Shown: one piece after another, positions 16,722-24,614 of the stretch
Numbering within the stretch: position 1 is the first letter of the stretch
How the letters are laid out: every line of letters begins with the position of its first letter
Assembly: GCA_963528875.1 (NCBI GenBank)
Contig: CAURWT010000001.1
Span: 30,001 to 62,000, forward strand
Direction of reading: 5' to 3'
Length of the DNA stretch: 32,000 nt
From: an uncultured Candidatus Saccharimonas sp.
GTDB taxonomy: Bacteria > Patescibacteriota > Saccharimonadia > Saccharimonadales > Saccharimonadaceae
Translations under genes and position numbers: made by a program
The notes under the pieces: generated by a model
Told to the model about the DNA's origin: nothing
Database searches by the model: none
What the model saw: the letters and a program-made list of their open reading frames with translations, nothing else

Positions 16722-17264
16722 ATGTATAATTATAATAGCTACCATACATATGGATATAGGGATTACAGCCATGGTACAGAAGCTAACGCTATTGCCGGAA
16801 TGTCTATCGTATTTTTGTTGGTTTTCGTACTAATTGTTGCGATCATAGGATATGTTATTAGCTCTCTTCTCTATATGCTAATTTTCAAAAAAGCTGGAAT
16901 CGAAGCTAAAAAAGCCTGGATTCCTTTCTATAACCGCTGGATATTCTTTGAACTCGGTGGACAAGAAGGTTGGAAATCTCTTCTAACATTTATTCCTTAT
17001 GTTGGACTAATAATCTCACTCGTTTTCGAAGTTATTGCAGTTATTGAGATTAGCAAAAAACTAGATAAGTCACCTGCCTGGTCTATTCTTTTCATATTTG
17101 TAGCCCCTATTTGGTTCTTAATTCTTGGTCTAGATAGCTCTCGCTGGAATGACATAGCTGGTAAAGAAAGTCTTGCAAAAGGAACTATTCTCGGTTATAA
17201 AATCGTAGAAGAAGATAAAGAAGCAGAAGACACTGAAGCTAAAGAAGAAAAAACAGAAGAATAA
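16722..17264 (+). CDS. DUF5684-like small membrane protein with an acidic tail
   Basis: 180 aa. The KKAGIEAKKAWIPFYNRWIFFELGG signature resembles the DUF5684 family (from memory). Three TM segments. E/K-rich C-terminus. Confidence 0.65.
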   Translation: MYNYNSYHTYGYRDYSHGTEANAIAGMSIVFLLVFVLIVAIIGYVISSLLYMLIFKKAGIEAKKAWIPFYNRWIFFELGGQEGWKSLLTFIPYVGLIISLVFEVIAVIEISKKLDKSPAWSILFIFVAPIWFLILGLDSSRWNDIAGKESLAKGTILGYKIVEEDKEAEDTEAKEEKTEE

Positions 17265-17281
17265 TTCTTTTTAAATCATAA

Positions 17282-17308
17282 AACGGCATTCTGATAAAGA
17301 ATGTCGTT
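17282..17308. terminator. bidirectional terminator
   Basis: Stem AACGGCATTC/GAATGTCGTT (one G-U), 7-nt loop, flanked by A- and T-runs. Confidence 0.65.
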
Positions 17309-17318
17309 TTTATTTTAA

Positions 17319-18365
17319 TTAAATTTCTAGCGGTTCTTGCTCAATTTTTATGCCAAACTTTTCAAAAACTTTATCCTGAATAGTTTTTCTTGCCTTAGCT
17401 AGTTCATCATAATTTTTAGCTGAAATATTCGTTAAAACTAAAGCATTTTCTGGATGGACTCTTATTCCAAAAATCTCTTTCCCTTTCAGGCCCGATTGCT
17501 CAATAAGCCAACCAGTTGCAATTTTGTATTTTTCACCAACTTCAAAGAGTGGTACATTTTGATATTTTTTGCGAATCTCTGCAGCTTTCTCTTTCGAAAT
17601 TATCACATTCTTGAAAAAACTCCCAGAATTTGGAATTTCCTCTGGATCTGGTAATTTTTTTGAACGAATCTCAACCACCGCATTCATTACATCTTTCGCT
17701 GTTATATTTTCTTTATTTTTGCCAATATTCTCAAGTTTCTCCTTTAAAACCTTGTACTCAGGCATTTCTGGTTGAGATTTTGAAAGCTTCAAATTCACCG
17801 AAACGATAAAATATTTTCCTTTAGCATCATTCTTAAAAATACTATCACGGTAAGCAAAATCACATTCACTTTTTAATAAAGTTTTAATTTTACCAGTTGA
17901 GATTTCGAAAACTTTAACACTTTTCAAAATATCAGCAATTTCCTGGCCATATGCACCAACATTCTGGATTGGTAGAGCTCCAACTGTTCCAGGAATCATC
18001 GCCATTGCTTCACAACCACTAAAGCCTTTCAAAACCGCAAAGTTAACAAAATTATGCCAATTTTCACCAGATTTTATGCAGAATTCAGCATTCTCATCAT
18101 TTTCGAAAACCTTTTCAAAACCTTTAATTTCATTTTTTATCACTATTCCTGCAAAGTTTTGATTCTTCACAATCGTGTTACTTCCACCACCAAGAATAAA
18201 AATCGGCAAATTATTTTTTTCTGAAAACTTAATCGCATTCTTAAAATCTTCGATATTTTTTACTACTGTAAAAAAATGAGCTTTTCCACTAATTTTCATA
18301 GTAGTAAGTTTACCAAAATCAATATCTTGCTGAATTTTTAGATTTTCGAAAATTATTTCCTTCAT
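17319..18365 (-). CDS. murB: UDP-N-acetylenolpyruvoylglucosamine reductase
   Basis: FAD-binding PCMH-type N-terminus (FILGGGSNT) and MurB C-terminal domain. ATG 18365 preferred over the track's TTG at 18374, which overlaps the -10 box. Confidence 0.9.
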   Translation of the reverse strand: MKEIIFENLKIQQDIDFGKLTTMKISGKAHFFTVVKNIEDFKNAIKFSEKNNLPIFILGGGSNTIVKNQNFAGIVIKNEIKGFEKVFENDENAEFCIKSGENWHNFVNFAVLKGFSGCEAMAMIPGTVGALPIQNVGAYGQEIADILKSVKVFEISTGKIKTLLKSECDFAYRDSIFKNDAKGKYFIVSVNLKLSKSQPEMPEYKVLKEKLENIGKNKENITAKDVMNAVVEIRSKKLPDPEEIPNSGSFFKNVIISKEKAAEIRKKYQNVPLFEVGEKYKIATGWLIEQSGLKGKEIFGIRVHPENALVLTNISAKNYDELAKARKTIQDKVFEKFGIKIEQEPLEI

Positions 18366-18373
18366 ATAGATCA

Positions 18374-18382
18374 ATTATATCA
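18374..18382 (-). promoter_or_regulatory. extended -10 TGATATAAT, 8 nt upstream of the murB ATG (leaderless-type)
   Basis: Reverse strand reads tTGaTATAATtgatctatATG. No SD. Confidence 0.5.
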
Positions 18383-18383
18383 T

Positions 18384-18409
18384 AAAAAATAAAACCCGCC
18401 AAAAGCGAG
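18384..18409 (-). terminator. terminator after tRNA-Arg(TCG)
   Basis: The minus-strand RNA forms CUCGC-UUUUG-GCGGG followed by UUUUAUUUUUU. Confidence 0.5.
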
Positions 18410-18417
18410 AAAATTCG

Positions 18418-18494
18418 TGGTACACCCGGCAGGATTTGAACCTACAACCGCCTGGTTCGAAGCCAGGTACTCTATCCAGTTGAGCTACGGGTGC
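18418..18494 (-). tRNA. tRNA-Arg (anticodon TCG)
   Basis: 77 nt. Acceptor GCACCCG/CGGGTGT (G1-U72), anticodon stem CCTGG/CCAGG with loop CTTCGAA, T-loop TTCAAAT, encoded CCA. Confidence 0.85.
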
Positions 18495-18536
18495 TTAATA
18501 AATAAATTATACCACACTTTTTTTATTTTGTGAAGA

Positions 18537-20132
18537 CTATTTTTTAATAAATTTTAAGATTTTGTATAAAGGATCACCGTTTAATGAGTTATTATAATCC
18601 ATTTCTTTTGAAAAATTATAACCAGGAATTGGCGATTTTTTATCAGCACTGCTATATGGGGAAATTATAAAAAACTCTTTATTATCCAAAAAGTTACTGT
18701 TATTCTCAATCTTTGGCGTGTAGTCAGCTCGAATCATATCACCCGAACGATAAATTGGTGGTTCACCATAAAACCAAATTTTACTTTCATTATTGGAATA
18801 TTGCGCTGCTGAATAATATAAAAATCCGCCAACAACAATTGCTGCATTATTTTTTTCATTTCGAACCTTTTCAATCGCTTGCCGAATTTCAGTAATTTCT
18901 CCACCATTTTTAGAAATACCCTTTTGTAAATTAAGCTGAAAAATTCCAAAAACATGCGAGAAAATAATCAAAATAATCAATAAAATTGAAGCACTCTTTT
19001 TATTTTCGAAAAGTTTAACCGCAATAATTGCCATTAAAATCGACACAAAAACTTCAGCCATAAGTAAATATCTATCAACAAAAATTGAACTAAACGGTGG
19101 TAAACTTGCGATATAAAGCAAAAATATAGGAATCACCGAGGCTGAAAAAAACAGCCAGAAAATACTATTATTTTTTTTACTCCTCCACTTTTCGAATGTA
19201 AAAATTGCAATAATCAGAAGAATAACCATAGCTATCAAGGATAGCCAACCGTTAGTTTTACTAGCATCAAGATAAAAAAAGAAATTCGATACCATATTTG
19301 GTATTGTTGTAAAATCAAGCGCAGGAATCCAGAACTTAGCTTTAACATAAGTAGCTTGCGAAATAAAAAATGAAATCCAAGGAATATATAAAAACGCAAC
19401 AATCAAATGTGAAGAAAGCCATTTTTCAGCAAAAAAATTACTAAAAAACTGTTTTACGTAATTATTCTGCTTTTTAAATTTTAAACAACCAAAAATATTA
19501 AATTTATTTGAGCTCTTTTCTTGATTCTTCGAAATATAAACTGCTCTAAAAATCCATAATGAAATTGGAATCAAAGCATAGATATATTGTGTCCAAATTC
19601 CAGCACAGACAGCAATAATATAAATTATTCGCCATTTTTTCTTACTTTTCATCGTATTTTCGGCAACCCAAGCTTCATAAAAGGCCCTCACCGTTAAAAC
19701 ACTCAAAAATGCTACCATAGTATACATTCTAGCTTCCTGCGAATATCTAATTAGCATCGGTGAAATTGCAAGAAAACTGCTCGCCAATAGTGCAATTTTC
19801 TTATTATAGAGTCTTTTTACTAAAAAATATGCCAAAATTATAGTTAAAACACCAAAAAATGCAGATAAACTCCTCAATGCAAAGTCACTCGAGCCAAAAA
19901 ATACGCTCCAAATTTTCAGTAAGAAATAGTAAAGCGGCGGATGAACATCAACAGATGTGTAATGCCAAATTTCAGCAAAATTAAAACGAATTATATAAGC
20001 CGAAAAAGCCTCATCGAACCAGATTGAGGCTTTCGAAATTGTTAAAAAAACAATGGTTAAAAATCCTGAAATAATTCCCAGAAAAGCAATTTCAGAACGG
20101 CACTTTTTAAATCTCGAAAAAACCATACCCAT
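18537..20132 (-). CDS. glycosyltransferase family 39 (PMT/ArnT-like) integral membrane protein
   Basis: 531 aa with more than 10 TM segments. N-terminal loop motif WFDEAFS...VDVHPPLYY, typical of GT-C/GT39 enzymes. Confidence 0.8.
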   Translation of the reverse strand: MGMVFSRFKKCRSEIAFLGIISGFLTIVFLTISKASIWFDEAFSAYIIRFNFAEIWHYTSVDVHPPLYYFLLKIWSVFFGSSDFALRSLSAFFGVLTIILAYFLVKRLYNKKIALLASSFLAISPMLIRYSQEARMYTMVAFLSVLTVRAFYEAWVAENTMKSKKKWRIIYIIAVCAGIWTQYIYALIPISLWIFRAVYISKNQEKSSNKFNIFGCLKFKKQNNYVKQFFSNFFAEKWLSSHLIVAFLYIPWISFFISQATYVKAKFWIPALDFTTIPNMVSNFFFYLDASKTNGWLSLIAMVILLIIAIFTFEKWRSKKNNSIFWLFFSASVIPIFLLYIASLPPFSSIFVDRYLLMAEVFVSILMAIIAVKLFENKKSASILLIILIIFSHVFGIFQLNLQKGISKNGGEITEIRQAIEKVRNEKNNAAIVVGGFLYYSAAQYSNNESKIWFYGEPPIYRSGDMIRADYTPKIENNSNFLDNKEFFIISPYSSADKKSPIPGYNFSKEMDYNNSLNGDPLYKILKFIKK

Positions 20133-20141
20133 GACAAGTCT

Positions 20142-20150
20142 ATTATATCA
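20142..20150 (-). promoter_or_regulatory. extended -10 TGATATAAT, 9 nt upstream of the GT39 ATG (leaderless-type)
   Basis: Reverse strand reads aTGaTATAATagacttgtcATG. No SD. Confidence 0.45.
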
Positions 20151-20183
20151 TAGCTTTTAGCTTTTCGAAATATTAAAAATTAT

Positions 20184-21455
20184 CTATAAATCGCTCGGTA
20201 GCGGAAAATTTCTAGCAAAATCTGCAACTTCTTTTTTAATTTCGGCAAGTCTTTTAGAATCTTCACGACACTTAATCGCAAGCTCCATCCATTCAGCAAT
20301 TTTCACCATCTCGGCTTCCTTCATCCCACGCGAAGTTACAGCCGGCGTTCCAAGTCGGATCCCGCTTGGTGTAAACATAGACAAAGTATCATTAGGAATC
20401 GAATTGGCGTTCAAAGTTAGTCCAATCGCGTCCATCGCGCGTTCAGCGACTTTCCCATCAATCCCAAAACTTGCATAAATATCAATTAAAATTAAATGAT
20501 TTTTTGTACCTCCAGTCACGAGTTTGAAGCCTCTTTTCGAAAGCTCTTCGGCCAAAAAATGAGCATTTTTTACTACCTGTTGAGCATAAATTTTAAATTC
20601 AGGCTGAAGTGCTTCATAAAAAGAAACTGCTTTTGCCGCAATTGAGTGCATTTGTGGGCCGCCTTGCGTTCCTGGAAAAACACTACGATCAATTAAAGTT
20701 GGTAAATTTTCAAGAGTTTTTTCTGGTTTTTTGAGTGGATTCCCCACTTTTCCATTCGAAAGAATCATTCCACCACGAGGGCCGCGCAAAGTTTTGTGAG
20801 TTGTAGTTGTTACAACATGAAAACCGTAATCAAATGGGTTTTTCGAAACACCTCCAGCAATTAATCCAGCAATATGAGCAACGTCAGCCATGAGCATGGC
20901 GTTATATTTTTTGCCAATTTCAGCAATTTTAGCATAATCAATTTCACCAGGATATGCAGAAAATCCCACAAGAATAATTTTTGGCTTATATTTTTCAGCT
21001 AATTCTTCAATCTGCTTATAATTAATTTCACCATTTTCATCTAAGCCGTATCGCACAAAATTATAAATCTTACCACTACGCGTTACCGGTGAACCATGTG
21101 TTAAATGACCGCCTTGAGATAAATCCATACCTAAAACCGTATCGCCAACTTCTAGCCAAGCATTATAAACCGCCTCATTAGCATTTGCACCACTATGTGG
21201 TTGGACATTAGCATGATCACAATTAAAAAGCTGTTTTGCGCGTTCAATTGCTAAGCTTTCAATGATGTCGGTATTCTCCTGACCACCATAGTATCTTTTG
21301 CCAGGATATCCTTCAGAATATTTATTTGTTAAAACTGAACCAAGTGCCGCCAATACTTCTCTCGAAACATAATTCTCACTTGGAATTAATTCCAAGCCTT
21401 CTCGCTGACGATTTTCTTCATTTTCAATTACATCAAAAATCTTTTCATCAAACAT
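20184..21455 (-). CDS. glyA: serine hydroxymethyltransferase
   Basis: 423 aa. LIPSENY, and the PLP-lysine motif TTTTHKTLRGPRGG. AAGGAGAG SD. Confidence 0.95.
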   Translation of the reverse strand: MFDEKIFDVIENEENRQREGLELIPSENYVSREVLAALGSVLTNKYSEGYPGKRYYGGQENTDIIESLAIERAKQLFNCDHANVQPHSGANANEAVYNAWLEVGDTVLGMDLSQGGHLTHGSPVTRSGKIYNFVRYGLDENGEINYKQIEELAEKYKPKIILVGFSAYPGEIDYAKIAEIGKKYNAMLMADVAHIAGLIAGGVSKNPFDYGFHVVTTTTHKTLRGPRGGMILSNGKVGNPLKKPEKTLENLPTLIDRSVFPGTQGGPQMHSIAAKAVSFYEALQPEFKIYAQQVVKNAHFLAEELSKRGFKLVTGGTKNHLILIDIYASFGIDGKVAERAMDAIGLTLNANSIPNDTLSMFTPSGIRLGTPAVTSRGMKEAEMVKIAEWMELAIKCREDSKRLAEIKKEVADFARNFPLPSDL

Positions 21456-21510
21456 AAAAAACTCTCCTTAAAAATTAAACTTTTCGAAACTAAAAATATA
21501 AAACCGTCGC

Positions 21511-21540
21511 TATATCATATTTTTAAGTATATCATATTTT
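21511..21540. repeat. 13-nt direct repeat TATATCATATTTT x2 (17-nt period) in the glyA/murA divergent region
   Basis: Copies at 21511-21523 and 21528-21540. Each contains the palindrome ATATCATAT. On the minus strand each reads as a TGATATA extended -10-like box. Confidence 0.6.
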
Positions 21541-21567
21541 TAAAAAATAAAAAAATTCTTAGAAAAC

Positions 21568-21597
21568 TTGTTTTTGTTATACCATAAGTGATATAAT
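21568..21597 (+). promoter_or_regulatory. promoter TTGTTT-18-(TGa)TATAAT, 6 nt upstream of the murA ATG (leaderless-type)
   Basis: -35 at 21568-21573, TG at 21589-21590, -10 at 21592-21597, ATG at 21604. No SD. Confidence 0.55.
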
Positions 21598-21603
21598 TAT
21601 TTT

Positions 21604-23133
21604 ATGAACGAAGAACAAGCCTATTTAGAAAAAATCGGGAAGCTTATTCAAGAATCCCGCCTGCACAAGAATTTAACTCAAGTTGAGCTTGCTGAAAAAA
21701 TTGGTACCTCACAAAGTGCGATTAACCGCATTGAAAGCGGTAAGCAAAATATAACTATTGAAATGCTTGCAAGAATCTCAGAAGAACTTTCGAGCGAAAT
21801 TATATCTGTTAATTCAAATAAAAAGACCAATTTTCGTGTTCATGGCGGTCACGAACTTTCTGGTGAAATTGAAGTTAAAACATCAAAAAATGCCGCCGTC
21901 GCTCTACTTTGTGCTTCTCTTTTAAATAAAGGAAAAACGATTCTTCGCCGCGTTGCTAGAATTGAAGAGGTTAATCGAATTATTGAAGTTTTAAATTCGA
22001 TCGGCGTAAAAACTAAATGGCTAAATAGCGAAAACGATCTCGAAATTATAACTCCCAAAGAATTATCTTTCGAAAATATGAATGTCGAATCTGCCAAAAG
22101 AACACGTAGCATTCTAATGTTTCTCGGCCCGCTTCTTCACCAATATTCAAACTTCGAAATACCTTTTTCTGGCGGGTGCGATTTAGGAACACGCACAGTT
22201 GAGCCGCACCTCTCTGGATTAAAGTATTTTGGCGCAAACGTTACCGCGCAAACTGATTTTTACAAAGTTTCAAACAAACCAAAAAAAGTTGAGAAGCCAA
22301 TACTTTTGACCGAGCGCGGAGACACAACAACTGAAAATATAATTATGGCCGCAGCACTTTCTGGTCAAGAAATTACAATTCGAAATGCTAGCCCAAACTA
22401 TATGGTGCAAGATTTATGCTTCTTTCTTGAAGAGCTTGGCGTTAAAATTGAAGGAATTGGAACGACAACCTTAAAAGTTCATGGATTAACAAAAATTGAG
22501 AAAGATGTTGAATATTATGTAAGCGAAGATCCTATTGAATCTTTGACTTTTGTGGCGGTTGCGCTGGTTACAAATTCTGAAATCACTATCAAACGTGCGC
22601 CAATCGAATTCAACGAGCTTGAGCTCGCAACCCTCGAACAAATGGGTGCAAATTTCGAAATCAGCCCCGAATATCTTTCGAAAAATAAAAAAACGCGCCT
22701 TGTGGATATTAAAGTTAGGAAATCAAAACTGCATGCCGCGAAAGATAAAATTCACGCACTACCATTTCCTGGTATAAATATGGATAATTTGCCTTTTCTT
22801 GGATTAATCGCAACTGTCGCGGAAGGTCGAACCTTGATTCATGACTGGAGCTACGAAAACCGTGCAATTTACTTTACTGAGCTTTCAAAATTAAACGCTA
22901 AAATTGAACTTGTTGATCCACATCGTGTTTATATTTCTGGCCCAACAAAATGGAAACCTGCAGACGTTATTGCACCAAGCGCCCTTCGCCCAAGTGTTGT
23001 AGTTTTGATCGCAATGCTTGCCGCACCAGGAGTCTCAACTTTGCGAGATGTTTACAATATTAATCGCGGCTATGAAGATTTTGCAGAAAGATTAAATTCA
23101 CTCGGCGCAAAAATTGAAACTTTATTTTCATAA
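21604..23133 (+). CDS. murA: XRE-family HTH domain fused to UDP-N-acetylglucosamine 1-carboxyvinyltransferase
   Basis: 509 aa. Residues 1 to ~70 carry LTQVELAEKIGTSQSAINRIESGKQN (Cro/C1-type HTH). From ~76 on it is MurA: FRVHGG..GEIEV..SKNAA, the catalytic Cys context GGCDLGTRTVEPH, and a C-terminal INRGYEDF. Confidence 0.9.
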   Translation: MNEEQAYLEKIGKLIQESRLHKNLTQVELAEKIGTSQSAINRIESGKQNITIEMLARISEELSSEIISVNSNKKTNFRVHGGHELSGEIEVKTSKNAAVALLCASLLNKGKTILRRVARIEEVNRIIEVLNSIGVKTKWLNSENDLEIITPKELSFENMNVESAKRTRSILMFLGPLLHQYSNFEIPFSGGCDLGTRTVEPHLSGLKYFGANVTAQTDFYKVSNKPKKVEKPILLTERGDTTTENIIMAAALSGQEITIRNASPNYMVQDLCFFLEELGVKIEGIGTTTLKVHGLTKIEKDVEYYVSEDPIESLTFVAVALVTNSEITIKRAPIEFNELELATLEQMGANFEISPEYLSKNKKTRLVDIKVRKSKLHAAKDKIHALPFPGINMDNLPFLGLIATVAEGRTLIHDWSYENRAIYFTELSKLNAKIELVDPHRVYISGPTKWKPADVIAPSALRPSVVVLIAMLAAPGVSTLRDVYNINRGYEDFAERLNSLGAKIETLFS

Positions 23134-23141
23134 TTTAAAAG

Positions 23142-23160
23142 ACTCCCGAAAATCGGGAGT
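23142..23160. terminator. bidirectional terminator between convergent genes
   Basis: Perfect 8-bp stem ACTCCCGA/TCGGGAGT with a 3-nt loop. Confidence 0.6.
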
Positions 23161-23163
23161 TAT

Positions 23164-23577
23164 TCAATTGTTGAATCCTTTGTGTAATTCGCGATAATTT
23201 ATCGCATTTTCAAGAATAGAATTCGCTTCATTAAAATTAAAGACTGATTTATCTTCAAGTTTTTTAATAAGAAGATTGATAAATTTTAGATTGAACTTCA
23301 CGCAAGAAATTCCAGTTGGCTTCTCACCGTTTAGAATCTTAAAAATAGTGACTAGCTCAATATCTACATCAGAGGCTTCTGCCCAATCTTCTCCAAGCAG
23401 ATCTTCAGCAGCTTGGATTAATGAAAATCTAATAGCGTCAATCAATTTAATCCTGCGGCGCGAAAAAATACTTTCACAAAACAAAGGGTGATAAGCTATA
23501 AATTCATTCAAATCATTCTTGAAGATATCAAGCATTTCCTTCGAATTATCAATCTTTGTAAGGTTCAACTTTACCAT
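23164..23577 (-). CDS. hypothetical cytoplasmic protein (137 aa)
   Basis: Strong GAGGAGG SD (23586-23592) 8 nt from the ATG. No motif I recognise. Confidence 0.6.
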   Translation of the reverse strand: MVKLNLTKIDNSKEMLDIFKNDLNEFIAYHPLFCESIFSRRRIKLIDAIRFSLIQAAEDLLGEDWAEASDVDIELVTIFKILNGEKPTGISCVKFNLKFINLLIKKLEDKSVFNFNEANSILENAINYRELHKGFNN

Positions 23578-23611
23578 ATCATGTACCTCCTCGGTAAAAA
23601 ATCTATATAAT

Positions 23612-23620
23612 ACTATATCA
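23612..23620 (-). promoter_or_regulatory. extended -10 TGATATAGT for the 23577 gene (34-nt leader with SD)
   Basis: Reverse strand reads gTGaTATAGT, followed by a leader containing GAGGAGG. Confidence 0.4.
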
Positions 23621-23670
23621 CACTTTTAAATTTTGGTCAAATAAAAAAGAGCCTTAAGCTCAAATTTACT

Positions 23671-23748
23671 TGGGGCGAATGATGGGGTTCGAACCCACGG
23701 CCTCCGGTGCCACAAACCAGCGCTCTAACCAGCTGAGCTACATCCGCC
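23671..23748 (-). tRNA. tRNA-His (anticodon GTG) with encoded G-1
   Basis: 78 nt. An extra 5' G opposite discriminator C73, acceptor GCGGATG/CATTCGC, anticodon loop TTGTGGC, T-loop TTCGAAC, encoded CCA. Confidence 0.9.
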
Positions 23749-23760
23749 ATAGCTTAAACC

Positions 23761-23789
23761 ATTTTAACACATAAAAACCTGAAAATCAA
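23761..23789 (-). promoter_or_regulatory. promoter TTGATT-17-(TGt)TAAAAT for tRNA-His
   Basis: -35 at 23784-23789, -10 at 23761-23766 (minus strand). Confidence 0.6.
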
Positions 23790-23792
23790 GCT

Positions 23793-24260
23793 TTAAAATT
23801 TTGGCTTAATTTGCGGGCGAAAACTTCGCACATCATTTTGAGAACTTGAAGTTTGCGAACCATAAAAACCCGCCATTCCGGTTTGTTGAACTTCGTCAAA
23901 ACCACTTTTCGTCATTCTTATTTTTGTTGATTGATCAATTTGACCATTCGAAAGTGTATTTTTTTGCCTATTTAAATTTTGCTGCAAATAATTTGAAGCC
24001 CTTTCTTCTCTTTTGGCTCTAATCTGATCAATAGCCGATCTTGAACTTTCCATTTTAGTTTTTTGCGCCATCCTTAATTGACCAAGTTGAGAATCTCGAT
24101 ATGAGCGCACTTTCGAATTTCTATAATCAATCGCTTGGCGCTGTGCAAAACTTTGTGAGCTTGCAGCACCAATTCTTCCACCAGACTGAGCTTTAGCGTA
24201 TCCGCTAGAATGAGAAACTTCTTCAAGACTTGATTTTACAACATAATCATTTAATTTCAT
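23793..24260 (-). CDS. Gln/Ser/Arg-rich, probably disordered protein (hypothetical)
   Basis: 155 aa of low complexity. No TM segment and no recognisable motif. Confidence 0.5.
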   Translation of the reverse strand: MKLNDYVVKSSLEEVSHSSGYAKAQSGGRIGAASSQSFAQRQAIDYRNSKVRSYRDSQLGQLRMAQKTKMESSRSAIDQIRAKREERASNYLQQNLNRQKNTLSNGQIDQSTKIRMTKSGFDEVQQTGMAGFYGSQTSSSQNDVRSFRPQIKPKF

Positions 24261-24266
24261 AATACT

Positions 24267-24275
24267 ATATTAGCA
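24267..24275 (-). promoter_or_regulatory. extended -10 TGCTAATAT, 6 nt upstream of the ATG at 24260 (leaderless-type)
   Basis: Reverse strand reads aTGcTAATATagtattATG. Confidence 0.35.
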
Positions 24276-24302
24276 TAAACACGTTATTTTTTCAAAAAAG
24301 TC

Positions 24303-24331
24303 TTGCTTTTATAAAAAATGTTTGCTATAAT
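24303..24331 (+). promoter_or_regulatory. promoter TTGCTT-17-(TGc)TATAAT for tRNA-Gly
   Basis: -35 at 24303-24308, -10 at 24326-24331. The tRNA starts 8 nt downstream. Confidence 0.6.
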
Positions 24332-24339
24332 AATCTCAT

Positions 24340-24414
24340 GCGGGCGTCGTATAACGGCTAATATACCTGCCTTCCAAGCAAGTGATGAGAGTTCGATTCT
24401 CTCCGCCCGCACCA
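24340..24414 (+). tRNA. tRNA-Gly (anticodon TCC)
   Basis: 75 nt. Acceptor GCGGGCG/CGCCCGC, anticodon stem CCTGC/GCAAG (one C-A mismatch) with loop CTTCCAA, T-loop TTCGATT, encoded CCA. Confidence 0.8.
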
Positions 24415-24440
24415 TTTGATCTTTTTTGTTTTAGCACAAG

Positions 24441-24462
24441 CCTCCATTTTCTGGAGGTTTTT
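24441..24462 (+). terminator. terminator after tRNA-Gly
   Basis: Stem CCTCCA/TGGAGG, 5-nt loop, TTTTT. Confidence 0.65.
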
Positions 24463-24482
24463 GCTTTTAGAAAATAATCATA

Positions 24483-24511
24483 TAGACTTTTTTAAAAAAA
24501 CTTGATATAAT
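24483..24511 (+). promoter_or_regulatory. promoter TAGACT-17-(TGa)TATAAT for tRNA-Arg(TCT)
   Basis: -10 at 24506-24511 with TG at 24503-24504. Confidence 0.5.
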
Positions 24512-24523
24512 TGTTTTAGGTAC

Positions 24524-24600
24524 GCCCCCGTAGCTCAGTGGATTAGAGTAAGAGGTTTCTACCCTCCTGGCCGTAGGTTCGAGTCCTACCGGGGGTACCA
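24524..24600 (+). tRNA. tRNA-Arg (anticodon TCT)
   Basis: 77 nt. Acceptor GCCCCCG/CGGGGGT, anticodon loop TTTCTAC, T-loop TTCGAGT, encoded CCA. Confidence 0.85.
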
Positions 24601-24614
24601 AATTATTTTATTTT

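Noticed and set aside
18457-23692. TTCGAA copies inside tRNA genes: the tRNA-Arg anticodon loop at about 18457-18462 and the tRNA-His T-loop at about 23688-23693.
   Set aside because: These follow from tRNA structure (the GTTCGAA T-loop consensus and the TCG anticodon context), so they should not count as evidence for the iterated palindrome.
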